32,000 nt of DNA from Candidatus Pacearchaeota archaeon (GTDB lineage Archaea > Nanobdellota > Nanobdellia > Pacearchaeales > UBA284), in NCBI GenBank assembly GCA_026016245.1, contig CP061211.1:420001-452000 (forward strand), written 5' to 3'. The notes beneath the pieces were generated by a model that saw nothing but the letters and a program-made list of their open reading frames with translations, was not told the origin of the DNA and did not search any database. The first letter of the stretch is position 1. Each line of letters starts with the position of its first letter. The position numbers were made by a program, and so were the translations under genes. Below, one piece after another: positions 13,751-22,502 of this stretch.

Positions 13751-14419
13751 TTATTTTTTCTTTTCTTCCTTTTTTTCCTCAGGTTTTGCCTCAGTTGGAG
13801 CTGGGGCACCTGGAGCAGCAGGAGCTGCTGCAGCTTTTTCTTCCTCTTTCTGTTCTATTTCCTTAATAAGAGCTTCTTGATCCTTCTTTACTTCCTCAAA
13901 ATCAGAAGCTAGCTTGTCTAATTTTTCTTTATCTGCTATTTCTTTGCCTTCAGAAATAATTTTATCATAAACTCCACTATCTACTTGTTCTATAACTTCC
14001 TTAGGATCTTTGCTCTCAACAAGAATTCCATTACTCACACATGAGCCTAATATAGATTTAACAGCTGATTTCAAAGTATCTGTGAACATGTCTTTCTGTT
14101 TCACCTTAGCGACCTTGATTATAACCTCTATGGCAGCATTAGCTACCTTGATTTTATCTGGTTGCTGAGAGCCTTTTTTTAATCCAAGCTCCTTCTTTAA
14201 TAATTCAGTTGCAGGTGGCGTAGAGACAGAAACAGTAAAATTCTTTGTTTTTGTATCTATGTCGAGTGTTACAGGAACCTTGATTCCTTTGAAGTCAGTG
14301 GTTGCTTTACTAACCTCTGCTATAACTTTTCCGAGATTGATTCCTAAAGGGCCTAGTTTTTGACTTAAAGCAGGACCTGGTTTCATTTCTCCACCTTCAA
14401 CAAGTAATTTGATTTGCAT
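13751..14419 (-). CDS. rpl11: Ribosomal protein uL11 with a C-terminal extension of about 55-60 aa
   Basis: The core (GGEMKPGPALSQKLGPLGINLGKV...STPPATELLKKELG...) is canonical uL11. The tail after ...VYDKIISEG is acidic and coiled-coil-like, then AAAAPAAPGAPAPTEAKPEEKKEEKKK. Confidence 0.9.
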   Translation of the reverse strand: MQIKLLVEGGEMKPGPALSQKLGPLGINLGKVIAEVSKATTDFKGIKVPVTLDIDTKTKNFTVSVSTPPATELLKKELGLKKGSQQPDKIKVANAAIEVIIKVAKVKQKDMFTDTLKSAVKSILGSCVSNGILVESKDPKEVIEQVDSGVYDKIISEGKEIADKEKLDKLASDFEEVKKDQEALIKEIEQKEEEKAAAAPAAPGAPAPTEAKPEEKKEEKKK

Positions 14420-14534
14420 CTCCTTTTCAAAGAAAATCTAGTTTTAAAGACTTTTGTTTATATTTTAGAAACATTTAAATATTAATCAGATTATTTTTTT
14501 GATAGAAAAAGAGTAAAAAATTTCTTTTTATTTT

Positions 14535-14792
14535 TTATTTTATCTCGCAATCAGTATTAATTGCTTGCCCTGGCAGACCTTTTTCAAATACTACTCTAAG
14601 AAGCCCCTTATTCCCGTGTGATGCAGTTATCTTACCTTTAATTATTTTTCCTGCTGGGCTTTTCCACTCAACTTCCTTACCCAAATATTTTTCTGCATCT
14701 TTCTTGTTTTTTACTTTTTCAGTCTGGATAATAAATTGTCTTGGTTTATAAGTGTGCCTTCCACGTCTAAAACTTACAACTGTCGCTTTCAT
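14535..14792 (-). CDS. rpl35ae: Ribosomal protein eL33 (L35Ae)
   Basis: GKITASHGNKGLLRVVFEKGLPGQAI is the characteristic C-terminal motif. The protein is 85 aa. Confidence 0.85.
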   Translation of the reverse strand: MKATVVSFRRGRHTYKPRQFIIQTEKVKNKKDAEKYLGKEVEWKSPAGKIIKGKITASHGNKGLLRVVFEKGLPGQAINTDCEIK

Positions 14793-14793
14793 T

Positions 14794-16614
14794 TTAAAAA
14801 ATCAACTCAAACTTTCCAAAGATCTTTCTAAGTGCATCTACCAATTCTGGAGAAATTCTTTTTTCGATTTTCTCTTTCTTTGCTGTGGCTTTTCTAAGTT
14901 CCTCTTTTGTGGCATCTGTAACCTTGCCATCTTTAAATTTCTTTATTCCATCTAGAGTTATGTCAGGGATAATGAAGGTGATATCTTTAAACAAGAATAT
15001 CTCTCCTTTTTTCCTAACCTCCTTCCTTTCCTCGTTTGTTTTATAAATCAATATTATTCTATGTTTTTCTGCTTCAAGAAGTTCACGTCTTTGGCTATAT
15101 TCTGTAAGCGCTAATGTCAATTGATAAGAAGCTTTTCTTACTTCAGAAAGGTCTTGTTTTGTTATTTTTCCTTTCTTATATTTTTTCTTGGCATCTATTA
15201 TCTCTTTCAAATATATGAGATTTCTTGGAGAAAGCTTTGATTTTTTAATTAACTCATTTTCAAATTTTTTGACTATGGCTGCTTCTCCACCTTTTCCTAA
15301 AATTCCTTTCATGAGCTTAAGGGTAGTATCATATATCTGTAGAATCTCTATCTCACCAGCTTTTTTCTCTATCTGCTTCATCAATTCTTTAAGTCTTTTG
15401 ATATATTCTGAAGATTGTTTCAAGAGTATATCTATTTCCCTTCCACTAATTGTTTTTATCTCTTCATGCTCATATTTTTTATAGATATCAATTATTTTCT
15501 CCAGGATATTGATATATTTTGGTTCAAGAAGTTTTTCCTTCTCAACAAAAACTCTTCTCATTAATTTTACTGCTTCTTTAGGTACTGGGGGAGCAAGACC
15601 ATATAACATTAAAGCTGCTTGACTTGGTGTAATGATGCCCCAATAGATATCTTCAGTAACAATATCATTCAACTTTCTCTGTACATTTTTAGCTACTCTC
15701 TCACCAAGACTCATGAACATATCTATAGCCTCAGGACTTGGTTTAATCTTGCCCATCTTAAGGAGAAGTTTCCATGGCATGAAAGCTCCTCTGTCATAAA
15801 GAGGAACACCATCACGAATGAATGTAAAAATTACAGGATGTGCATCTTTTACTGCTTCCCAGAACTCTGTCAATATATAAATCTGAGGATTTAACTTGTT
15901 CTCTACTCCAGCTATCTCACTTGCTTCCATAGTGTAGCTGTAAATTATAGCCCTCAATTTCTCTTTTAACTCATATCTTGACATTCTTTTAACGTCTGTA
16001 TCATCTATAACCACAAAAATATCAACATCACTCGTCTTTGTTGCATCTCCCCTAACTAAAGAGCCAGCAAGAACATAACTAACAACATACTTCTCAAACT
16101 TTTTTAGGACAAGAGTTTTATGAATAGAGGATGCTCTTAGTGCACCTAAAATACCTTTATCACATAAGGGGAAAGACATGGCTATTGCCTCTATTAAAGC
16201 ATATTTTCCATCAAAACATGTTTCCCAAACCTGCTTTATGTTCTTGATATGAAGCCACACTCTTGGTTTCATGCCTTGAATGAGTCTTATTCCCTCTACC
16301 TTTATCTTGCCTACTTCCTTGGATTTTTCTTCTGGGACTATGATAACAACATGGATTATTCTTTCATCTTTTTCTTTTTCCACCTCTTCTTCCTCTTCTA
16401 TTATTTTTGCAGCTGGAGGGGGTAGAATTCCTATAGCAGAAATATAAGGGAATTTTTTTATTAGAGCCTTCTTGAAATCCTTTAAATTGTCTCTAATTCT
16501 TTCTATCTCTTTTTTAACTTCCTTTGGGATTTGTTTCTCAATATCCCCAATTTTTTCCATTTCATACTTCTTTCCCTCTTTGTTTTTTTCAGTTTTTTTC
16601 TTCATTTTCCTCAA
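14794..16614 (-). CDS. Large nucleotidyltransferase-domain protein (606 aa)
   Basis: The central region LAGSLVRGDATKTSDVDIFVVIDD is a pol-beta-type NTase motif. It is followed by a helical region (IYWGIITPSQAALMLYGLAPPVPKEA) resembling NTase-associated substrate-binding or HEPN-like helices. The upstream segment (ISAIGILPP...IHVVIIVPEE) looks like a degenerate second NTase-like unit. The C-terminal ~200 aa are of unknown function. Confidence 0.6.
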   Translation of the reverse strand: MRKMKKKTEKNKEGKKYEMEKIGDIEKQIPKEVKKEIERIRDNLKDFKKALIKKFPYISAIGILPPPAAKIIEEEEEVEKEKDERIIHVVIIVPEEKSKEVGKIKVEGIRLIQGMKPRVWLHIKNIKQVWETCFDGKYALIEAIAMSFPLCDKGILGALRASSIHKTLVLKKFEKYVVSYVLAGSLVRGDATKTSDVDIFVVIDDTDVKRMSRYELKEKLRAIIYSYTMEASEIAGVENKLNPQIYILTEFWEAVKDAHPVIFTFIRDGVPLYDRGAFMPWKLLLKMGKIKPSPEAIDMFMSLGERVAKNVQRKLNDIVTEDIYWGIITPSQAALMLYGLAPPVPKEAVKLMRRVFVEKEKLLEPKYINILEKIIDIYKKYEHEEIKTISGREIDILLKQSSEYIKRLKELMKQIEKKAGEIEILQIYDTTLKLMKGILGKGGEAAIVKKFENELIKKSKLSPRNLIYLKEIIDAKKKYKKGKITKQDLSEVRKASYQLTLALTEYSQRRELLEAEKHRIILIYKTNEERKEVRKKGEIFLFKDITFIIPDITLDGIKKFKDGKVTDATKEELRKATAKKEKIEKRISPELVDALRKIFGKFELIF

Positions 16615-16665
16615 GTATTTAAAAGGGTAAAAACCTTTTTAAAGTTTTACTCTAAATAAGAATAT

Positions 16666-16738
16666 AGGGCCTGTGGTCTAGTGGTTACGACGCCACCCTT
16701 ACAAGGTGGAGGTCCCTGGTTCGATCCCAGGCAGGCCC
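16666..16738 (+). tRNA. tRNA-Val (anticodon TAC)
   Basis: Sequence is GGGCCTGTGGTCTAGTGGTTACGACGCCACCCTTACAAGGTGGAGGTCCCTGGTTCGATCCCAGGCAGGCCCA. Anticodon stem is CCACC/GGTGG, loop CTTACAA, T-arm CCTGG-TTCGATC-CCAGG. Confidence 0.9.
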
Positions 16739-16754
16739 ATAAAAAGACACAAAA

Positions 16755-17441
16755 ATGTTCATAAAAAAGATTTTTCAAAACAAGGTTGATGAAACTGTAC
16801 ATAAACAATTCATAAGATTTGGTAAAGGGGAGTTTGGAAGCAAAGCTATAATAAATATAAGAAAAACTAGTGTGGTAAAGCTAACAACAAGTTTTGAACT
16901 AGCTGGGGATATCATAATTTTCATCAGTTCTCTTGCTCCATGGTTTAGAGTTGAGGGACTCTTGTCCAACAGGGAGCAGATTCCTTGTTTTGAAGGAAAG
17001 AAGAAAAAAGGGCTTTTTGTTTATAATATAGCAAAAGAGTTGAGAAGTGAAGAACTTAGAGATCTTGTATTAAAATCATATCCTACTTTACTTGATTGTA
17101 TTTCTGGAGATGAAAGTATAAACTTGAAGATAAAAAAGAGGATTCCAAAGCCAGGCAAGAAAACTGAAGCTAAAGTTGATGATAAGTTTTGTCAGTTAAA
17201 TCTTGATGCCAAATACTGGCCACAATTACATAATGAGTTTTTATTTGATCTGCCTTTTGAGATAAAGAAAGCAAGAATAGTGCATACTTTCATCATCAAA
17301 GATATAAAGATTCCGAAAGAGCTGGAAAAAGAGGGGGATTATGAAAAAATTAGGTTGGGGGCCAAGCGAATTGGAAAGGTGATAAGGAAGGTCGTTGTAG
17401 ACGGTAAAGAGATAGTAAAAGAGAAGGATTTTATAGCATAA
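16755..17441 (+). CDS. Hypothetical protein (228 aa) preceding the uL3 operon
   Basis: Long ORF with coding-like composition. I recognise no family. It sits between tRNA-Val and rpl3. Confidence 0.5.
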   Translation: MFIKKIFQNKVDETVHKQFIRFGKGEFGSKAIINIRKTSVVKLTTSFELAGDIIIFISSLAPWFRVEGLLSNREQIPCFEGKKKKGLFVYNIAKELRSEELRDLVLKSYPTLLDCISGDESINLKIKKRIPKPGKKTEAKVDDKFCQLNLDAKYWPQLHNEFLFDLPFEIKKARIVHTFIIKDIKIPKELEKEGDYEKIRLGAKRIGKVIRKVVVDGKEIVKEKDFIA

Positions 17442-17537
17442 ACTTTATAAAGTTCGTCAGATTCATTTTTATAGGTTCATACCTTTTTGGGGTTGTACTG
17501 GGTAGAATGACGCTAAAAATAAAATTAGCTATTAGAA

Positions 17538-18509
17538 ATGCCAAAGACACACAAGCCAAGAGCTGGGTCACTACAGTTCTGGCCGAGAAAGAGAGCTACT
17601 AGAATTTTATCTAGTGCGAACTGGAAACCTCTACAAAAAAAACATTCTGGTCTTCTTGGTTTTATATGTTATAAGGTGGGCATGATACGTGTTCTTGCTC
17701 GAGACTTAACACCTAATTCTATGACTAAAAATAAACAAATCATTATTCCTTCTACATTTGTTGGATGCCCCCCAATGAGAATTCTCGCAGTGAGATTCTA
17801 CAAAGATGATATGGTTGTTTTTGATATTCTTAATGAAAATCTTGATAAGGAATTAAAAAGAAAAATAAAGCTGCCTAAAGAAAAATCAAAAATAGGGAAA
17901 AGGCTGGTTGAGGTTGAGAAGAAAATAAATGAGTTTGATGATATTAGGCTTCTTGTTTACACTCTACCTAAAGAAACTGGCCTCAAGAAGACACCAGATA
18001 TAGCTGAAATAGGTCTTGGAGGAAGTAATTCAGAGAAATTAGATTTTGTTAAGAAATATATTAGCAAGGATATTAAGATGGTGGATTTTTTAAAGTCAGG
18101 ACAGGTTGTTGATGTGAGGGGCGTGACAAAAGGGCATGGGTTTACTGGACCTGTAAAACGTTTTAAGATAGGTCTAAGGCAGCACAAATCTGAGAAAGGC
18201 AGAAGACGCCCTGGAAGTGTTGGCCCCTGGACCCCTTCAAGAATCACTTTTAGAGCGCCTATGGCTGGCCAGTATGGCTTTTTTAGCCGAATTCAATATA
18301 ATTCTAAACTTTTAAGTTCTGGTTCTGCCAGAGATATAGAAAAATTTTCTTTTGAATTTCCACACTATGGTAAGATAAAAACAAACTATATTATTATTAG
18401 GGGTTCTATTCATGGGCCTGCTAAAAGACAGCTTCTTCTTACACTTCCTTTAAGAGAAACAAGATCTGCTACTAAGAAAAATTTTGAAATTTTAAATTTG
18501 CTAAAATAA
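17538..18509 (+). CDS. rpl3: Ribosomal protein uL3
   Basis: PRAGSLQFWPRKRA, GVTKGHGFTGPVKRF and operon position. Confidence 0.95.
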   Translation: MPKTHKPRAGSLQFWPRKRATRILSSANWKPLQKKHSGLLGFICYKVGMIRVLARDLTPNSMTKNKQIIIPSTFVGCPPMRILAVRFYKDDMVVFDILNENLDKELKRKIKLPKEKSKIGKRLVEVEKKINEFDDIRLLVYTLPKETGLKKTPDIAEIGLGGSNSEKLDFVKKYISKDIKMVDFLKSGQVVDVRGVTKGHGFTGPVKRFKIGLRQHKSEKGRRRPGSVGPWTPSRITFRAPMAGQYGFFSRIQYNSKLLSSGSARDIEKFSFEFPHYGKIKTNYIIIRGSIHGPAKRQLLLTLPLRETRSATKKNFEILNLLK

Positions 18510-18510
18510 A

Positions 18511-19287
18511 ATGAAGAAAGTATCTATTATTGGATTAGAAGGAGGAAAGGTTAAGGAGATTGAATTACCAGCTGTGTTTAATGTTCATGTTCGTGAGGAT
18601 ATAATCCACAAAGTATTTGAATCAACTAAAAAACAGCAGCTCTATGGTTCCTATACATTAGCTGGAATAGAAGCTGCTGCTAGCAGCAAGCAGAGCCATA
18701 GAAGACATAAGTATAAGACTCTTTATGGTCATGGTATTTCCAGAGTTCCAAGAAAAGTTCTTACAAGAAGAGGGGAAAGATTTTATTGGAGGGGTGCTTT
18801 CATTCCTGGAACTGTAGGAGGTAGGGCAGCACATCCCCCAAAAGCATTAAAAAGAAGGATAAAAGTGAACAAAAAGGAAGGAAAGATTGCTCTTCAAGGC
18901 TCCATAGCTGCAACTGCTTCAAAAAAAATACTCGAGAAGAAATATAAGAAACTTAAAATCACTTTTGAGCTTCCAGTGATAATAGAATCCTCGATTTTGG
19001 AACAAAAAGCTAAGGACATAGCTAAGTTCATATCAAAATTATTAAACATAAGAATAAGGTCTGAAAAGAAAATAAGGGCTGGAAAAGGAAAGATGAGAGG
19101 AAGGAAATACAAAAAAGTTAGGAAAATTTTGCTTGTTACTTCAAGCAAAGAAAAAGCAAGCAAATTAAAAAATTTTGGTTTGGATATAACTCAAACTAGC
19201 CAATTAAATGTCTCAACTCTTTCTTCAGGAGGAATCCCTGGAAGAATTGTAATCTGGACTGAAAGAGCCATGGGAGAATTAAAATGA
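18511..19287 (+). CDS. rpl4: Ribosomal protein uL4
   Basis: HGISRVPR...RGAFIPGTVGGRAAHPPK, and operon order. Confidence 0.93.
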   Translation: MKKVSIIGLEGGKVKEIELPAVFNVHVREDIIHKVFESTKKQQLYGSYTLAGIEAAASSKQSHRRHKYKTLYGHGISRVPRKVLTRRGERFYWRGAFIPGTVGGRAAHPPKALKRRIKVNKKEGKIALQGSIAATASKKILEKKYKKLKITFELPVIIESSILEQKAKDIAKFISKLLNIRIRSEKKIRAGKGKMRGRKYKKVRKILLVTSSKEKASKLKNFGLDITQTSQLNVSTLSSGGIPGRIVIWTERAMGELK

Positions 19288-19535
19288 AAAAAATATTACT
19301 ATATCCTTTAACAACAGAAAAATCAATTAGGATGATAGAGATTGAAAATAAAATTACTTTTGTGGTTAATAGGAAAGCAGGCAAAGTAGAGATCGCAAAG
19401 GCAATTACAGAAAATTTTAAATCTAAGGTCAAGGAGGTAAATGTTCAAATAATAAATAATAAAAAAGTGGCTTTTATCAGACTCAAACCTGAAACTCCTG
19501 CCATAGATATCGCAACAAAGCTTGGAATCATATAA
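19284..19535 (+). CDS. rpl23: Ribosomal protein uL23
   Basis: LLYPLTTEKSIRMIEIENKITFVV, size and position. The start overlaps the rpl4 stop (ATGA). Confidence 0.93.
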   Translation: MKKILLYPLTTEKSIRMIEIENKITFVVNRKAGKVEIAKAITENFKSKVKEVNVQIINNKKVAFIRLKPETPAIDIATKLGII

Positions 19536-19536
19536 A

Positions 19537-20238
19537 ATGGGAAAAAGAATAATATCACAAGCGAGAGGAAGAGGAAGCCTTACTTATAGAACAAGAAAAA
19601 AAGCATTTAGGATCAGTGTAAGCTATCCTAGCACAGAGGGGATAGGTAGAGTTGAGAAGTTAATAAATGTTTCTTGTTACAAGGCCCCGGTCGCTAAAAT
19701 AAGAATAGATGGAAAAGTCTTTTATAATATTGCTGCTGAGGGTATATATGAAGGACAAGAAGTTAGTGTTGGAAAAAAAGCAGATATCATACCAGGAAAC
19801 ATAACTCAGCTAGCAAATATCCCTATAGGAACTGAGATATTCAGTATTGAAACAGTCCCTGGTGATGGACCAAAATTAGTCAGAGCCAGTGGTTTAAATG
19901 CAAGAATCACTAAAAAAAGTCTTAAAGCTGTTTATGTTTTATTGCCTTCTAAAAAAGAAAAGATATTTAGTCCTAATGCTAGAGCCACTGTAGGAGTCAC
20001 AGCTGCATCTGGAAGACACGAAAAACCTCTTCTTAAAGCTGGTAAGAAGTACCACATGGCTAAGGCCATTGGAGGCAGGATTTATCCGAGAACAAGTGCT
20101 GTTAAAATGAATGTTGTTGATCATCCTTTTGGTTCTGGCAGGGGTAAAAGAATTAAGAGCAAAATAGCTAAAAGAAATGCCCCTCCTGGAAGAAAAGTTG
20201 GGTTGCTAAGACCAAGGAGGACAGGAAAGAGGAAATAA
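19537..20238 (+). CDS. rpl2: Ribosomal protein uL2
   Basis: [14 protein letters not shown]..., [14 protein letters not shown] prefer the ATG at 19537 to the TTG at 19522. Confidence 0.95.
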   Translation: MGKRIISQARGRGSLTYRTRKKAFRISVSYPSTEGIGRVEKLINVSCYKAPVAKIRIDGKVFYNIAAEGIYEGQEVSVGKKADIIPGNITQLANIPIGTEIFSIETVPGDGPKLVRASGLNARITKKSLKAVYVLLPSKKEKIFSPNARATVGVTAASGRHEKPLLKAGKKYHMAKAIGGRIYPRTSAVKMNVVDHPFGSGRGKRIKSKIAKRNAPPGRKVGLLRPRRTGKRK

Positions 20239-20239
20239 G

Positions 20240-20626
20240 ATGGTAAAAGAATTTAATTATAGGGGTAAAACACTTTCAGAATTGAAAACTATAGATCTAA
20301 GAGAGTTTTCAAAGTTTTTGCCTTCAAGAGAAAGAAGAAGTTTATTGAGACAATCAGAAATAGTAGAGAGATTCTTAAAACATTGTGAGAAAAAAATGGC
20401 CAAAGGAAAACCAATCAAAACACATTTGAGAGATCTGATAATTGTCCCGCAGATGGTTAACTTAACTATTAATGTTTATAATGGCAAAACTTTCTTGCCT
20501 GTTAAAATAGTTGAAGAAATGATGGGACACCGTCTTGGAGAATTTGCTCATACTAGAGGAAAAATTCAGCACGGTACTCCAGGTATTGGTGCAACAAGAA
20601 GTTCAGCTTTCCTATCAGTTAAATAA
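20240..20626 (+). CDS. rps19: Ribosomal protein uS19
   Basis: [28 protein letters not shown]. Confidence 0.95.
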   Translation: MVKEFNYRGKTLSELKTIDLREFSKFLPSRERRSLLRQSEIVERFLKHCEKKMAKGKPIKTHLRDLIIVPQMVNLTINVYNGKTFLPVKIVEEMMGHRLGEFAHTRGKIQHGTPGIGATRSSAFLSVK

Positions 20627-20633
20627 AGATAAA

Positions 20634-21230
20634 ATGGAAAAAACAAAAGAAATGAAGGAAGTAAAAAAAGAAGAAAAGAAAAAGGGAAGAAATATAGTTG
20701 CAAGAGCATTAGGAAAAGATTTTCCTATTAGTACAAAACACTCAATTGCTATATGCTCTTTTATTAAAGGAAAGAACCCGCAAGAAGTTATCACTTTTTT
20801 AGAACAGGTTATTAGAAAAAAGGTTGCTGTTCCAATGAAAGGAGAAATACCTCATAGAGCAAATATGCCAAAAGGAAAATATTCTGGAAGATATCCTGCA
20901 AAAGCATCTAGATATTTCATTAAATTACTAAAAAATTTGGTTGCGAATGCCTCTGTAAAGGGGCTCGACCCAGATTCTTTAATAATAAGTAAGGCGATAG
21001 CAAACAAAGCTTCAAGACCTTTTAGAGGAACGAGAATTGCTTATGGTAGAAAATTTTTCAAAAGAACACACATAGATCTTGAAGCAATTGAAATCAAGAA
21101 AAAGAAAAAAGAGGAAAAGAAAACAAAAGAAACAAAGGAAGAGAAAAAAGAAGAAAAGAAAGAGGAAAAAAAGCCAGAAGAAAAGACAGGAAAAGAGAAG
21201 AAAAAGGAGGAGAAGGAGAAAGAAAAATGA
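20634..21230 (+). CDS. rpl22: Ribosomal protein uL22 with a Lys/Glu-rich C-terminal tail
   Basis: VARALGKDFPISTKHSIAICSFIKGKN... is the uL22 core. The ATG at 20634 follows the rps19 stop, whereas the track start at 20535 overlaps rps19. The tail is KKKKKEEKKTKETKEEKKEEKKEEKKPEEKTGKEKKKEEKEKEK. Confidence 0.92.
   Translation: MEKTKEMKEVKKEEKKKGRNIVARALGKDFPISTKHSIAICSFIKGKNPQEVITFLEQVIRKKVAVPMKGEIPHRANMPKGKYSGRYPAKASRYFIKLLKNLVANASVKGLDPDSLIISKAIANKASRPFRGTRIAYGRKFFKRTHIDLEAIEIKKKKKEEKKTKETKEEKKEEKKEEKKPEEKTGKEKKKEEKEKEK
21100..21170 (+). repeat. Lys/Glu-coding module, copy 1 (in the uL22 tail)
   Basis: Positions 21100-21160 match 26580-26640 with a single mismatch (21142 a versus 26622 t). 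The next 10 nt match 8 of 10. Both copies are in the same codon phase. Confidence 0.85.
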
Positions 21231-21991
21231 TTAAAAAGAAATTTATTGAAGCAAAAAAGCAGGAATTTGAGATAAAGGAGTTTATAAAAACACAGCTTGG
21301 GAAAGGGAGGGTGAGTGATATTAAGATTGAGAGAACGCCTGTTGGAGAAAAAATAGTGATAATAACTTCAAGACCTGGGCTGGTAATCGGTCGTGGAGGA
21401 GAGATTATTCAGAAAGTAAATACATCATTAAAGAAAAGATTCAAACTTGAAAATCCTCAGATTGAAGTATCTGAAATTCAAGAGGCAATATTTGATGCTC
21501 AAACTGTTGCTGATCAAATAGCTTTATCATTAGAAAGATTTGGCCCGCTTAGTTTTAAATTAATAGCATATAGAGAACTTGATGGGATATCAAAGGCAGG
21601 AGCTCTTGGTGCAGAAATAAGGTTAAGTGGCAGGCTTCCAAGCGAGAGATCTAGAAGTTGGAGATTCGCTTTTGGTTATCTCAGCAAGACAGGGGCAATT
21701 GCAGATATTATAGTTAACAGAGCCCAAGCAAAGGCATTCACAAGACCAGGAGTGGTTGGTGTAAAGGTAGCAATAGTTCCTAGAGATGCTAAGATCCCTG
21801 ATAAAATAAGCATCAGTAAGAAAATTATAGAAGAAGAAATAAAAGAAAAGTTAAAGAAAGCTGAGGAAGAGGCAGAAGTAAAAACTAAGAAAAAGGCAAA
21901 ATCTAAAGAGAAAAAGAAAAGGAAGAAAACAACTAAGAAAAAGAAAGAAGTAAAGGAAGAGAAAAAGGGAGGGGAGGAGGAAGCAAAATAA
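21227..21991 (+). CDS. rps3: Ribosomal protein uS3 with a Lys/Glu-rich C-terminal tail
   Basis: KH-domain core (VIITSRPGLVIGRGGEIIQK...) plus operon position. Confidence 0.95.
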   Translation: MIKKKFIEAKKQEFEIKEFIKTQLGKGRVSDIKIERTPVGEKIVIITSRPGLVIGRGGEIIQKVNTSLKKRFKLENPQIEVSEIQEAIFDAQTVADQIALSLERFGPLSFKLIAYRELDGISKAGALGAEIRLSGRLPSERSRSWRFAFGYLSKTGAIADIIVNRAQAKAFTRPGVVGVKVAIVPRDAKIPDKISISKKIIEEEIKEKLKKAEEEAEVKTKKKAKSKEKKKRKKTTKKKKEVKEEKKGGEEEAK

Positions 21992-21992
21992 A

Positions 21993-22187
21993 ATGGCAAT
22001 ACTTAGAAATAGAGAAATACAAGTTTGGAATAAGAAAGAATTATTAAATAAAAGAAAAGAGCTTCAGCTTGAATTATTAAAATTAAAAATTCAAAAAGGC
22101 CAGGCAAGCGCTGGAACTAAAAAATTAAAAGAAATTAAAAAAACAATAGCAAGAATTAATACTAAGTTAAATCAACTTAAAGAATAA
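21993..22187 (+). CDS. rpl29: Ribosomal protein uL29
   Basis: ELLNKRKELQLELLKLKIQKGQ; 64 aa; position. Confidence 0.9.
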   Translation: MAILRNREIQVWNKKELLNKRKELQLELLKLKIQKGQASAGTKKLKEIKKTIARINTKLNQLKE

Positions 22188-22188
22188 G

Positions 22189-22479
22189 ATGGATATATGC
22201 CCAAATTGTGGCTTACCAATAGAAACTTGCATTTGTAAGGAACTAGCAAAAACAAAACAAAAGATAAAGATACAGACAACGAAAAGAAGATTCGGTAAAA
22301 TTGTTACAATAGTTTCAGGGATTGAGAATGACATCAAAGGAATAGCAAAAAAACTGAAGGAAGAGTTGGCTTGTGGTGGAACAGTAAAAAACAACACCGT
22401 TGAACTTCAAGGAAATCATATAAACAAAGTGAAACAGAAATTGATAGAGATTGGATTCAATAAAGATAATATAGAATAA
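22189..22479 (+). CDS. sui1: Translation initiation factor aSUI1 (eIF1 homolog)
   Basis: N-terminal CPNCG..CIC zinc knuckle, then RRFGKIVTIVSGIE...LKEELACGGTVKNNTVELQGNH. Confidence 0.9.
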   Translation: MDICPNCGLPIETCICKELAKTKQKIKIQTTKRRFGKIVTIVSGIENDIKGIAKKLKEELACGGTVKNNTVELQGNHINKVKQKLIEIGFNKDNIE

Positions 22480-22502
22480 ACAAAGCAAGAAAAAACAAGA
22501 AA

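Noticed and set aside
21090-21230. Purine-rich periodic sequence in ribosomal protein tails as a CRISPR array or other non-coding tandem repeat
   Set aside because: There is no repeat-spacer periodicity. The tracts are in frame within ORFs and encode Lys/Glu tails. No cas genes are present.
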